DNA of 44,145 nucleotides from an uncultured Chloroflexota bacterium. GTDB taxonomy: Bacteria; Chloroflexota; Chloroflexia; Chloroflexales; Chloroflexaceae. Each line of letters opens with the position of its first letter. Within the stretch, counting starts at the first letter, position 1. Below, piece by piece: positions 18,051 through 27,194 of this stretch. Made by a program: the position numbers and the translations under genes. The stretch spans positions 1-44,145 of the forward strand of contig CAIWUD010000043.1 of NCBI GenBank assembly GCA_903915775.1, in the 5' to 3' direction. The notes under the pieces were generated by a model. It did no database searches. It was not told the DNA's origin and worked only from the letters and a program-made list of their open reading frames with translations.

Positions 18051-18930
18051 ACGGAAGCTCCACCTTTTCAGCCATCAGACCATACATCAGTGGGATAGCG
18101 GGGAGATCGGCAGGTGGCAACCAGCGGTTTCCAGGGGCAGGACGCATACGTGAGAAGGGTCGCTCACCATTCACATAGGCGTACTCGCGGAGGGTTCGTA
18201 GGACGAGCCCGGCCCCGGCCAGCGCGCTGACCACCTCACCAATACCCCAACAGAAGAGGTGGCACGGCTCTGGGTTGCGGAAATCGACCATCCCCGGATC
18301 GTGGCCACCTGGTGAAAGTCCACCGGCAGCAGCCCCAACGTAGTCACCCACACCATCCAGGGTCAAGGGCGCCCCACCCGTGGGATAGGCATGGGCCAGG
18401 CTCCACTCCACATCGAACATGTTGGAGCTCGGGTGGAACTCCATCAGGACAAAACGCCCCCCACGATCCAGGGCTGCAGCAACCCCTGCGGCGAAGGTTG
18501 TCAGATCGTGGAGCCAGCAGATCGCCCCGTAGCCGCAGTAGATACGCCTGAAGCGGGCCGCTGGTAGCTCAGCTAGGTAGGAGTAGACATCTGCGCGCAC
18601 GAACTCGGCCCGCAGCCCACTGGCCACACTGAGCCGTTGTGCTGCCTCAATGGCCGCATCACTGATATCGACGCCAACGGCGTGGGCCCCCAGGGCAGCC
18701 ATGCTGAGCGTATCAGCACCGGTGTTACAGAGCAGGTGGAGGAGTGGTTGGTCAACGAGCTCCCCCAGGAGCTCACGCTCCTCTGGAAAGAGGGTCAGCC
18801 CGCCACTACGCAGAAACGCCGCCATGCCAGGCCGGTGGCTCTCATGGGCTGCCACTACTGCATTCCACGAGGCGCGATTCTGCTCACGGATGGCAACCTG
18901 AGCATCCTGTTCGGGTAGAGGCTGAGTCAT
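18040..18930 (-). CDS. class I SAM-dependent methyltransferase
   Basis: NRASWN, LLHLLCNTGADT, GVDISD, GAICWL, EFHP motifs. Confidence 0.82.
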   Translation of the reverse strand: MTQPLPEQDAQVAIREQNRASWNAVVAAHESHRPGMAAFLRSGGLTLFPEERELLGELVDQPLLHLLCNTGADTLSMAALGAHAVGVDISDAAIEAAQRLSVASGLRAEFVRADVYSYLAELPAARFRRIYCGYGAICWLHDLTTFAAGVAAALDRGGRFVLMEFHPSSNMFDVEWSLAHAYPTGGAPLTLDGVGDYVGAAAGGLSPGGHDPGMVDFRNPEPCHLFCWGIGEVVSALAGAGLVLRTLREYAYVNGERPFSRMRPAPGNRWLPPADLPAIPLMYGLMAEKVELPYGT

Positions 18931-19418
18931 GGACCCTCCTCATCATCAGCTTCAAGCCCAAAGAGACGCAGCCACTCCTCAACTTCAGCTGCTGAAAGTG
19001 GGCGATCATTACGCTTAGCCTGGATGGAAGCCTTGGGCTGATCGAGGGCCGCCAACCGCCGCGCAAAGGCCTGGGCGCTCAACACGGGCACTCCGTGGGC
19101 CTGAGCGGCGCCAGCCACAGCTCGATCCGAACTGACCACCAACCACTCGCTGCAGCGGCGGATGGCCCTGATGCGCCGGATCAACTCACTATCCGCATTG
19201 GCCGGCATACGCACGAAGTGGGCCTCAACCCCGTAGCCATTCAGATTACCGGGGTGGCCGTAGACGCCTCCGTCGAAGATGACCACAATCTTTCGTCCGC
19301 GGCGGCGCGCAGCGTAGCGCCGCAGCACCATCACCAAGCGCGCTTCGTCGTCAGGATCGGCGAGATCGATGCCAGGCAACTGGCCAATGAGGTTATGACC
19401 GTCAATAAGAATAGGCAT
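18927..19418 (-). CDS. NYN domain (YacP/Rae1-like) putative ribonuclease
   Basis: ILIDGHNLI, VVIFDG, ADSELI, VVSSDRAV acidic motifs; ATG 8 nt after TACAAT. Confidence 0.8.
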   Translation of the reverse strand: MPILIDGHNLIGQLPGIDLADPDDEARLVMVLRRYAARRRGRKIVVIFDGGVYGHPGNLNGYGVEAHFVRMPANADSELIRRIRAIRRCSEWLVVSSDRAVAGAAQAHGVPVLSAQAFARRLAALDQPKASIQAKRNDRPLSAAEVEEWLRLFGLEADDEEGP

Positions 19419-19482
19419 ACCCTTCCATTGTACCATTGACCGTGCGGAACGCGACGTAGCCCCCCGCGCTGCAGGATATGGC

Positions 19483-19548
19483 CTTAACAGGGAGTTAACC
19501 CTATACGCAACAACCTTTAATTTTTTCATGTAAGTGTGGTGGTACTAT
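19483..19548 (+). promoter_or_regulatory. Pho-box-like 11-bp phased repeats plus extended -10
   Basis: CTTAACA (19483), GTTAACC (19494), TTTAATT (19516) in 11-bp phase; TGG-TACTAT -10 at 19543-19548. Confidence 0.5.
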
Positions 19549-19649
19549 CATGCCGTGCTGCAAGCTCGTGATCATGTGGCTGTGCGCCTGGTGCCAGCGC
19601 GTAGCTGGGCTCTAGCGCGTCGGCGTGTGTTTCCGTGGAGGTAGTGCCA

Positions 19650-20621
19650 TTGAGCATCGACCATCTGCTCAGAACCGAACAGTCTCACCTGCCGCAACAG
19701 CTCACCCGCCGCGATCTTCTCAGGAACTGGCTGGGGCTCGGCATGGCGGCAGTACTCCCGCACCAGCTTCAGGTAGAGCAGCCTCCTGCCCGTTTCGCCG
19801 TGATTGGTGATTTTGGCCTGGCCGGAAGTGCTGCAGCCGCCGTCGCCGAGCTCGTCCATGATCGTGAACCAGACTTTGTCGTTACGACGGGTGACAACAA
19901 CTACCCGAGCGGCGAGGCGGCAACGATCGATCGTAACGTGGGTTCCTACTACCACCGCTACATTGCACCCTACAAGGGCATCCATGGACGTGGGGCCGAC
20001 AGCAACCGTTTCTTTCCCGTGCTTGGTAACCATGACTGGGACAGTGGCTCCGCTAAACCCTACAGCGACTACTTTACCCTACCGGGAAATGGGCGCTACT
20101 ACAGCTTTGGCTGGGGACCACTACGCTTTTTCATGCTCGATAGTGCACTCAGTGAGCCTGACGGCTACCGGTATGCGACGCGTCAGGGCGACTGGTTCCG
20201 CAGTGTAAGCCGGCGCTACGATGAGCCCTGGCGCATCGCGGTCTTCCACCACTCCCCCTACTCCTCGGGCCACCACGGCTCCTCCACGTGGATGCGCTGG
20301 CCGTTTGCTATGCTCGGGATCGATATCGTACTCAGCGGTCATGATCACAACTACGAGCGTCTGCATCTTGACGGTATAACCTACCTCGTAAACGGGCTTG
20401 GTGGCGGATCGCGCTACAGGGCGGGGTCGCAGCAGAGCGAGGGCAGCCACACCTTCTTTAACCAGGATTGGGGGGCGCTCTTCGTTGAGGCTACCAGCAG
20501 ACGTCTCCACTTCGAATTCGTCACGATCTCAGGGCAGACCGTCGACAACTTCTCACTCATCACTGCGGTTCGGAGGGAAAACGGTGCGCCATTCACGCCT
20601 GAAAAGCCGCCCTATTCTTAG
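19650..20621 (+). CDS. Tat-exported metallophosphoesterase (purple/tartrate-resistant acid phosphatase-like)
   Basis: LTRRDLL twin-arginine motif; metal motifs GDFG, GDNNY, GNHD, FHH, GHDH; TTG start after GGAGG (GTG 19635 alternative). Confidence 0.82.
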   Translation: MSIDHLLRTEQSHLPQQLTRRDLLRNWLGLGMAAVLPHQLQVEQPPARFAVIGDFGLAGSAAAAVAELVHDREPDFVVTTGDNNYPSGEAATIDRNVGSYYHRYIAPYKGIHGRGADSNRFFPVLGNHDWDSGSAKPYSDYFTLPGNGRYYSFGWGPLRFFMLDSALSEPDGYRYATRQGDWFRSVSRRYDEPWRIAVFHHSPYSSGHHGSSTWMRWPFAMLGIDIVLSGHDHNYERLHLDGITYLVNGLGGGSRYRAGSQQSEGSHTFFNQDWGALFVEATSRRLHFEFVTISGQTVDNFSLITAVRRENGAPFTPEKPPYS

Positions 20622-21942
20622 CCTTGCCCTGTTCGCCCTCCTCATCCTGGCTGTACTGGGTTATGGGGTTGGGGGATCACAGCCCACGGCTGTAGCAAGC
20701 GAAGCGTCGACAGTGGTACAGGCCCCACTGGCAGCAGGAGCGACTCGGGCTGCTGAAACCGTCCTTCCCACGCCGAGGCCGACAACGGCGGCGAGTCGGA
20801 GGGCAGCACCACTCGCCTCACGCTTCGTGGCTCGGCCCGGCGACCGGGTAACCTGGGTACGGCCAGGAGTTGTCCACATCCAACGAACGACTACCGACCC
20901 GTTACGCATCAATCTCCTACTCTTCGACCTTGTCGACCCCGCCTTTGAACTGAAGGTGCGGGTCGGTTGGGGGTGGCTCTCGGGACGCCACCGTACGACA
21001 ACCATGGCTAACGAGATGGACGCGCTGGCAGCAGTCAACGGTGACCTCTTCTCAACGGACAATGGCGCACCCCAAGGTCTGATGATGACCGGCGGACAGG
21101 TGCTGACCGCACCTAAGTACCGTGCTACCTTTGCCTGGAGTCGCGACTCTGGCCCCTTTATCGGCTACTTCACGCGCGAGTGGACGTGGCTGGCTGAGGT
21201 CGAGTCTGCAGATGGGGCACGTAGCCCGGTGACGCTGCTCAACATGCGCTGCCCCCGCGACCAGATCTGCCTCTTCAACAGCTTTGCCCGTACCGTGCCT
21301 GCCCGTGAAGGCGAGGTGCGCGTCCTTCTAAACCAACGGGGTCTCGTCGAGCAGATAGTCCGTGGTGAGGCGCTCACGATCAAGCCGGGGAAGCAGGTGT
21401 TGGTCGGTAGTGGCTTGGGCGCACGTTGGCTCCTCGCCCAGGCCGATCTGGGCGATAAGCTGATCGTGCGCACGACCACCGACCCACCTCTTGCCCGCTT
21501 CGATGAGGCGATCAGTGGCGGGCCAATCATCCTGAGCGGTGGGGCCTTCGTCCAGGATTGCCTGTGTGCCCTGCACGATTGCAGCCAGACCAGAGAGCCA
21601 GAAGCGAAGCTCATCTGTGAAGATTTCAGCACCGACTGGAAACTACGCCACTACCTCGGCGTACGCATGCCACGTACGGGCGTTGGCTTCGATCGTAGCG
21701 CAACGACGCTGATCGTTGCCGTGGTGGATGGCTATCAGCGTGGCTATAGCCGTGGGGTGACCCAGCGTGAGTTCGCCGACCTGTTCCTCGAATTCGGCGC
21801 CGACACGGCAATGGAGCTCGATGGAGGCGGTTCTTCAACGATGGTTCTCGAAGGATCCCTGGTGAACCGTCCGCCAGATCAGACGGGCGAGCGCTACGTC
21901 GCTAATGCCCTGCTCCTGTTCTGGCGTGACATAAGTGAGTAG
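20584..21942 (+). CDS. phosphodiester glycosidase family (NAGPA/DUF2233-like) exported protein
   Basis: AAVNGDLF, ISGGPII, PRTGVG, VVDG, AMELDGGGSSTM, ERYVANALL; GTG 20584 after GGAGGG, followed by signal/TM helix. Confidence 0.82.
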   Translation: MRHSRLKSRPILSLALFALLILAVLGYGVGGSQPTAVASEASTVVQAPLAAGATRAAETVLPTPRPTTAASRRAAPLASRFVARPGDRVTWVRPGVVHIQRTTTDPLRINLLLFDLVDPAFELKVRVGWGWLSGRHRTTTMANEMDALAAVNGDLFSTDNGAPQGLMMTGGQVLTAPKYRATFAWSRDSGPFIGYFTREWTWLAEVESADGARSPVTLLNMRCPRDQICLFNSFARTVPAREGEVRVLLNQRGLVEQIVRGEALTIKPGKQVLVGSGLGARWLLAQADLGDKLIVRTTTDPPLARFDEAISGGPIILSGGAFVQDCLCALHDCSQTREPEAKLICEDFSTDWKLRHYLGVRMPRTGVGFDRSATTLIVAVVDGYQRGYSRGVTQREFADLFLEFGADTAMELDGGGSSTMVLEGSLVNRPPDQTGERYVANALLLFWRDISE

Positions 21943-21950
21943 AGGTGGCG

Positions 21951-22883
21951 ATGTTTCCGCGTAAGCAGTGGTTCTCTACGCTGCTCTTCTCCCTGCCCCT
22001 GATCCTGCCGCTGCTCGGAGTGGTATGGGTGGCTCGACTAGATCTCTCCCCGCAACAGCAGGCTGCACCGACCGTTGCACCGACCGTTGCACCGACCGTT
22101 GCACCGACCGTTGCACCGACCGAGCCAGTGCCCGATCCTACAGCGACTCCGGAGCCGAGTCCGAGACGGTCGCTGAGTCTGCTGACCCCCACCGATCCAC
22201 CCTACATCCCCATCCTGATGTACCACTATGTCCGCGAGGTGGAGGAGTCGGTCGACCCCTTGGGTTTCCGCCTTTCGGTGCGCCCCGAACGCTTCGTCGA
22301 GCAGTTAGCCTGGCTGCGCGATCAGGGCTACGAGACGCTCCTCATGCGCGAATTGGCGGCATGTCTGCGTGGTGAGCTGCGCTGCCCTGCGCGAAGTGTC
22401 GCCCTAACCTTTGATGATGGCTATAGCGATCAGTTTCAGGCTGCCCTCCCTGCTCTGCAGCAGTATGGCTTTCGTGCAACCTTCTACATCGTCACGGGCC
22501 ATGTCGGAAGAGAGGGCTACATGGACTGGGAGCAGCTGGAGCAGCTGCGAGATCGTGGAATGGAGGTTGCTGCTCACACGGTCAGCCACGCTGACCTGGC
22601 GTCTCTGCCACTGGAGCAGGCCCTCGTCGAGATCAACGGATCGCGTGCAGCCCTGGAAAGCCGCCTGGGGGTCGATGTTGTGAGCTTTAGCTACCCAGCA
22701 GGTAGTTACAGCCCCGAGCTCGCCAGAACGCTCTGGGAAGCTGGTTTCACCAGCGCCGTTACCACCGCTCAGCATGACGACCTGTCGCACCTCTACGAGC
22801 TGCCGCGTCGACGTGTTCTGGGAGGTGAAACGATCGCGGGCTACCCCTGGTACTTTCGTCCACTACCCAGGGAGGGGCGATGA
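21951..22883 (+). CDS. membrane-anchored polysaccharide deacetylase (CE4, IcaB/PgaB-like)
   Basis: PILMYH, LTFDDGY, HTVSH, SYPAG motifs; N-terminal TM helix and PTVA linker. Confidence 0.85.
   Translation: MFPRKQWFSTLLFSLPLILPLLGVVWVARLDLSPQQQAAPTVAPTVAPTVAPTVAPTEPVPDPTATPEPSPRRSLSLLTPTDPPYIPILMYHYVREVEESVDPLGFRLSVRPERFVEQLAWLRDQGYETLLMRELAACLRGELRCPARSVALTFDDGYSDQFQAALPALQQYGFRATFYIVTGHVGREGYMDWEQLEQLRDRGMEVAAHTVSHADLASLPLEQALVEINGSRAALESRLGVDVVSFSYPAGSYSPELARTLWEAGFTSAVTTAQHDDLSHLYELPRRRVLGGETIAGYPWYFRPLPREGR
22064..22122 (+). repeat. perfect 12-bp coding tandem repeat GCACCGACCGTT (about 4.9 copies; APTV)
   Basis: Directly visible identical units. Confidence 0.9.
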
Positions 22884-23051
22884 GACGGATGCGCCGCCGT
22901 GGCCGCTGGTACGCGGCTTGCGCCAGCACGGTCGCCTTCTGCGCACCCCCCCCTGTTGCGTGAAGCCCGTTGCAGCCGGAGTCGCCCCACCATCCTACCC
23001 CTGATCGACTCCCCTCTGAGGGGCAGATGCGCTGCTGCGCGACCGTGGGAT

Positions 23052-23106
23052 CTTCACATCGGCTTAAAGCTTGCTCTATCGTTGCTTAATCTTCGTGTGC
23101 GATAGT
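23052..23106 (+). promoter_or_regulatory. Pho-box-like array of four 11-bp units plus weak extended -10
   Basis: CTTCACATCGG CTTAAAGCTTG CTCTATCGTTG CTTAATCTTCG, then TGC-GATAGT at 23101-23106. Confidence 0.5.
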
Positions 23107-23186
23107 TCTTCCCAATCAGGGTCTCCGTCAACCACTGGTGGCTCCAGCGCCGCCCGCGAGGTACCGCCCCCCTCGGGTGGGTTCGG

Positions 23187-23310
23187 GGCATGGCTCGGTT
23201 CTGGCCGGGCTGTCGTTACAGCCCGGTGGTACCGAGGCTGAGGGGGCTGCTCTCTGGTAGAGGTGGCTCGCCGCGCCTCCCCTCTGGAGCTGGTCTGTTG
23301 CTCACAGCCG
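23187..23310 (-). mobile_element. MITE-like element, degenerate (subfamily A)
   Basis: GGCATGGCTCGGTTCTGGCCGGGCTGTCGTTAC..GGTACCGAGGCTG aligns to reverse complement of 35180-35243. Confidence 0.5.
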
Positions 23311-23344
23311 CCGTCTGCGTCGCTCTGTCTACTGAGGAGGTTCT

Positions 23345-23760
23345 ATGCACCTGGATCACGGGCTCCTGATGACCCGCCGGTCCGTGTTGGGTATGATGCT
23401 AGCCACAACGGCCGCGGGCGTGCTCACGGCTTGTGGGCGGGCCGTACCAGCCCCACGCCCCCGGCCGTCGGCCGGGGTAGGCTACGCCTGGCCCACACCC
23501 TGGAGTGGGCGGGCAAGGAGCTACTCGCTCCCGCATCACCGCTGCGCTTCTTCCCGCCGGTCGATATGCTCTACAGCCGTCTTGTGTACCTCGATGAGGC
23601 TGGGCGCCTTGCCCCGGATCTCGCCACCTCCTGGGAGGCTGATGCCACCGCCACCCAGTGGACCTTCAAGCTGCGCGAGGGTGTGACCTTCCACAATGGC
23701 AAACCCTTCACGGCTCAGGATGTGCTCTACACCTCGAGCATCGACTCGTACATGATCCCG
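23345..23760 (+). pseudogene. family 5 (peptide/nickel) ABC solute-binding lipoprotein, frameshifted and truncated
   Basis: Tat-lipoprotein signal MTRRSVL..LTACG in one frame; YSRLV..PDLATSWE..WTFKLREGVTFHNGKPFTAQDV in another; then breaks off. Confidence 0.75.
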
Positions 23761-24877
23761 ATGAGTGTGGCCTACAAGCAGTGAATCTGGCCGTCGCTCG
23801 CGGCGAACGCCTCGGGATCGTCGGTGAGTCGGGATGTGGCAAGAGTACCCTCGCTCTGGCGCTCCTCGGTTTTCTCCGCTCAGGTGGCCTGCTGCTGGAT
23901 GGGAGTGTACGCTTCGACGGTGCCGACCTGCTACGTCTCGCGCCTACAGAGTTGCAACGCCTGCGCGGTAGCCGAGTCGCCCTCGTGCCGCAGAATGCTG
24001 GTCAGTCGCTGAACCCGAGCATGGCGATCGGCGCCCAGGTGGCTGAAATCCTCACCTTCCATCGCCGCCTCGGCCGCTCCGCCGCCCGCGAACGTGTCGT
24101 GGAGCTCCTCGGACAGGTGTACCTCCCAGCGCCCGCGGCTCTGGTGCGGCGCTACCCCCACGAACTCTCCGGTGGCCAGCAGCAGCGCGTCGCGATCGCC
24201 ATGGCCCTCGCCGGCAGAGCGCCGCGCACGTGCGGTCGCCCTGCTCGAGCAGATGCGCCTTGGTGCCCACTACCTCGATCGTTACCCTGACCAACTCTCA
24301 GGTGGTGAGAAGCAGCGGATTGCCATCGCCCGCGCCTTCGCCGCCGAGCCGGAGGTGCTCCTGTGTGATGAGGTGGTCTCGGCTCTCGATGTGTCGGTGC
24401 AGGCGGCGGTGCTCGCACTCCTGGCGGAGCTCCAGGCTGCGCGTGGTGTTTAGCTACCTGTTCATCTCCCACGATCTCGCACTGGTACGCATGGTGGCCG
24501 ACGAGGTGGCTGTGCTGTACCAGGGCCGTCTGTGTGAGGTCGGTCCCACCAGGCATGTCTATGCTGCACCCTTCCACCCATACACCGCAACGCTGCTCGC
24601 GGCCGTACCCGAACCTGTGCCTGGTCGGAGCCCACGGGCCCTGAAGCACGAGTCGTCCCTCGGAGTGGTGCCAGCCCACGGCTGTCCCTTCTTCCAGCGT
24701 TGCCCACGCCGTATCGAGACCACGTGCGCTCAGATCGATCCACCATGGCGCCTGGCCGAGGGCGGTCACGCTATTCGCTGCCACCTGACCCTGGAGCAAC
24801 TGAGTGAGCCGATCGAAGTTCTGCCGCTGTACGCCTCTGCGCCGAGCCGCACGGCGTATGACAAACCTCATAGCTAG
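23761..24877 (+). pseudogene. fused OppD/OppF-type ABC ATPase, internally deleted and frameshifted
   Basis: [27 protein letters not shown] (frame 1); [26 protein letters not shown] ending at TAG 24453 (frame 2); SYLFISHDL..HPYT..GCPF..RCP (frame 3). Confidence 0.82.
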
Positions 24878-24889
24878 AAGGAGAAGCTT

Positions 24890-25711
24890 ATGTACCAGCA
24901 ACCACCACTCGTCGGCGCTGCCATGCCTATCGCCGATCTACCGGAACATCTGGACTGGATCCTGGGGGGGCAGCGCGACCTCGAGTTGTGGGATCCCTCC
25001 TACGGGAGCGTGCTCGATGGCCATTGGCGAACCCTTGCGCGCGAGGCGCGCAGCATGCTCAATGGCTACACTGGACGGCTCGGCATCCACGGTCCATGGA
25101 ACGGCCTGCCCCTCACCTGCCCTGATGCGCAGGTGCAGCGTCTGGTGGCTGAGCGTCTCATGCAGGGGCTAGAGTTCGCGGGGGCGGTTGGTGCTACCCA
25201 CATGGTTGTGCATAGCCCCTTCGACTTCTTCGGTAGCCCCCACGTCGTCCATACGAGGAGCACCGGCCTGGCGGAGGAGCTTGAGTTAGCCCACGGAACC
25301 CTTGAGCCAGTCTTACCTATCGCCCGGCAGATCGGCTGTACCCTGGTCGTCGAAGTCTGCTCCGATACCAACACCCGTCCCTTGATCGAGTTGGTGCAAT
25401 CGTTCGCGGGCGAGACTGTGCGGCTAAGCCTCGACGTTGGTCACGCCCTCGTGATGCAGCGCGCCGGTGGACCCCCTGCCGATCAATGGGTTCGCGATGG
25501 TGGCCCGCTGCTGGCCCACCTGCACCTCCAGGATAATGATGGCCTCTTTGATCGCCACTGGGCACCGGGCGAGGGGAACCTCAACTGGTACGCGCTGTTC
25601 GAGGCCCTCAGTACGCTCGATCAGCGGCCACGCCTACTCCTTGAGCTTGCCAACACCCGTAAGATCGGGGCGGGTGCAAGCTACTTGGCGAACCGCGGCT
25701 TCGTGCGCTGA
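24890..25711 (+). CDS. sugar phosphate isomerase/epimerase (xylose isomerase-like / AP endonuclease 2 TIM barrel)
   Basis: GIHGPW, MVVHSP, LVVE, SLDVGHA, HLHLQDNDGLFDRHWAPGEG, LLLE; AAGGAG RBS. Confidence 0.82.
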   Translation: MYQQPPLVGAAMPIADLPEHLDWILGGQRDLELWDPSYGSVLDGHWRTLAREARSMLNGYTGRLGIHGPWNGLPLTCPDAQVQRLVAERLMQGLEFAGAVGATHMVVHSPFDFFGSPHVVHTRSTGLAEELELAHGTLEPVLPIARQIGCTLVVEVCSDTNTRPLIELVQSFAGETVRLSLDVGHALVMQRAGGPPADQWVRDGGPLLAHLHLQDNDGLFDRHWAPGEGNLNWYALFEALSTLDQRPRLLLELANTRKIGAGASYLANRGFVR

Positions 25712-25743
25712 GCAGCTACCTGCCCTGGCTGGTCGAAGTGTGC

Positions 25744-27117
25744 CTATGGTGTCGTCGTGGGTTGGATCGTACCGGTCGGCTCAGGCGTTGGCGTCGTTTC
25801 TGCGGTAGTCGTGGCCTCCGGCGTTGGCTGTGCTTCATCTTCGGGTGAGGGCAAGGGGGTTGGTGTCGACGGGGTACGCAGGAGCAGATCGACGGTAGGG
25901 AGTGTGCTAACCAGACTCACCCCCGCCGGTAGTTGCACCTGCGGCTGAAGGCTGTAGAACCCCTCACCTAGCCCCGTCACATCGACTAGGGCACGGAGGG
26001 GATTCTGTGCCAACTCGGCAAGTGCGTTGCTGCTGCCGGCTACCGTCACATTCAGCAGCGTGGGGTTGAGGGTAAAGAGCAGACCGGGGCTTAGCCCGAT
26101 CAGCTGGATCTGAGCCGGCAACTGAGCCTGGAAGAGCTGATCGATCGCGATAATCTCAACGATCACGGTCACGGTCGCAGGCTCACCTTCACGTGGTGAG
26201 GTGCCCTCTGGAAAGACAACCGGCAGATTGACGCTGATCGTCTGCTGTGACCCAGCGAGATCCAGCGGCACCGTCCTGAGTAGATCAACCGTATCGAGCG
26301 GGCCTGAGCTGCCGGCCAGTGCAATCAGGGGCGGGGTGACCATGACACTCCGTACGCTATAGCCAGGCCCAGGTAACCCCTGGATCAGCGGTTCAATGGG
26401 AACGAGTTTCAAACCAACGACGGGGTTAATTGGTACCTGAACTGTCACCGTGGCCGGTTCGAGGCGCACCCCCTCAACCGCTTGCCCAGTCGCGTCAAAG
26501 GGGGTCAGATCAAGGGGCGCAACGTAGGTCGCCCTGAGTTGCTCGATGTTGACGAGTGCGCGTACCTCGCTCACGCGCAACACACGGCTCTGCGGGCCAC
26601 TCACCCTCACCAAGCTCAGGCTCTCCCCACCAAAGCTGACCCGTGGCTCACCACGCTCAAAGCTGAAGGGTAAGTTGCCCCGGATCTCAACCCGAATCGG
26701 TACGGACTGCGTACTCAACTGTTCGAGTCTGACCGTCACTGCAGATGGCTCAACCCCGTCGGGGGCAACATTGATCGAGATATTGCTCCGCGTAGCCTCC
26801 ACATTGAGCGGCACCACATGCTCACCTGGGCCAAGCTCACTCAGGTTGGCGACCACACGCACATCAACTTGGCGTAACGTGGCGAGTTGGCGCCGGTCGG
26901 TGCGTAGGGTGACATCGATGTTCGGGAAGATCTGGCTAGGTAGCCCATTGCTGTCCACCACCACTAACCCTTCACCGAGACCGACCACTTGTAGCGTCAT
27001 GTCCGGGAACGTGATCGTCTCCTCGGGATTCTCGCTGAATGAGACAAAAGCCCAGATGCTGAAGCTGATGCTGAGAGCGAGGAGGAGCCGTAACAGCGAG
27101 GCGCGCAGGGTTTTCAT
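25744..27117 (-). CDS. cdaR: YbbR-repeat regulator of diadenylate cyclase
   Basis: N-terminal TM helix (SFSIWAFV), about 4 YbbR-like repeats (V.V.G...V), downstream of cdaA. Confidence 0.82.
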   Translation of the reverse strand: MKTLRASLLRLLLALSISFSIWAFVSFSENPEETITFPDMTLQVVGLGEGLVVVDSNGLPSQIFPNIDVTLRTDRRQLATLRQVDVRVVANLSELGPGEHVVPLNVEATRSNISINVAPDGVEPSAVTVRLEQLSTQSVPIRVEIRGNLPFSFERGEPRVSFGGESLSLVRVSGPQSRVLRVSEVRALVNIEQLRATYVAPLDLTPFDATGQAVEGVRLEPATVTVQVPINPVVGLKLVPIEPLIQGLPGPGYSVRSVMVTPPLIALAGSSGPLDTVDLLRTVPLDLAGSQQTISVNLPVVFPEGTSPREGEPATVTVIVEIIAIDQLFQAQLPAQIQLIGLSPGLLFTLNPTLLNVTVAGSSNALAELAQNPLRALVDVTGLGEGFYSLQPQVQLPAGVSLVSTLPTVDLLLRTPSTPTPLPSPEDEAQPTPEATTTAETTPTPEPTGTIQPTTTP

Positions 27118-27194
27118 TTGCGTCTACCGGCCTGGTGAAACGGCGGGTCTATCGCTCACCAGGGGTTGGTCTACTTGATCAGTTACGACCAGGT

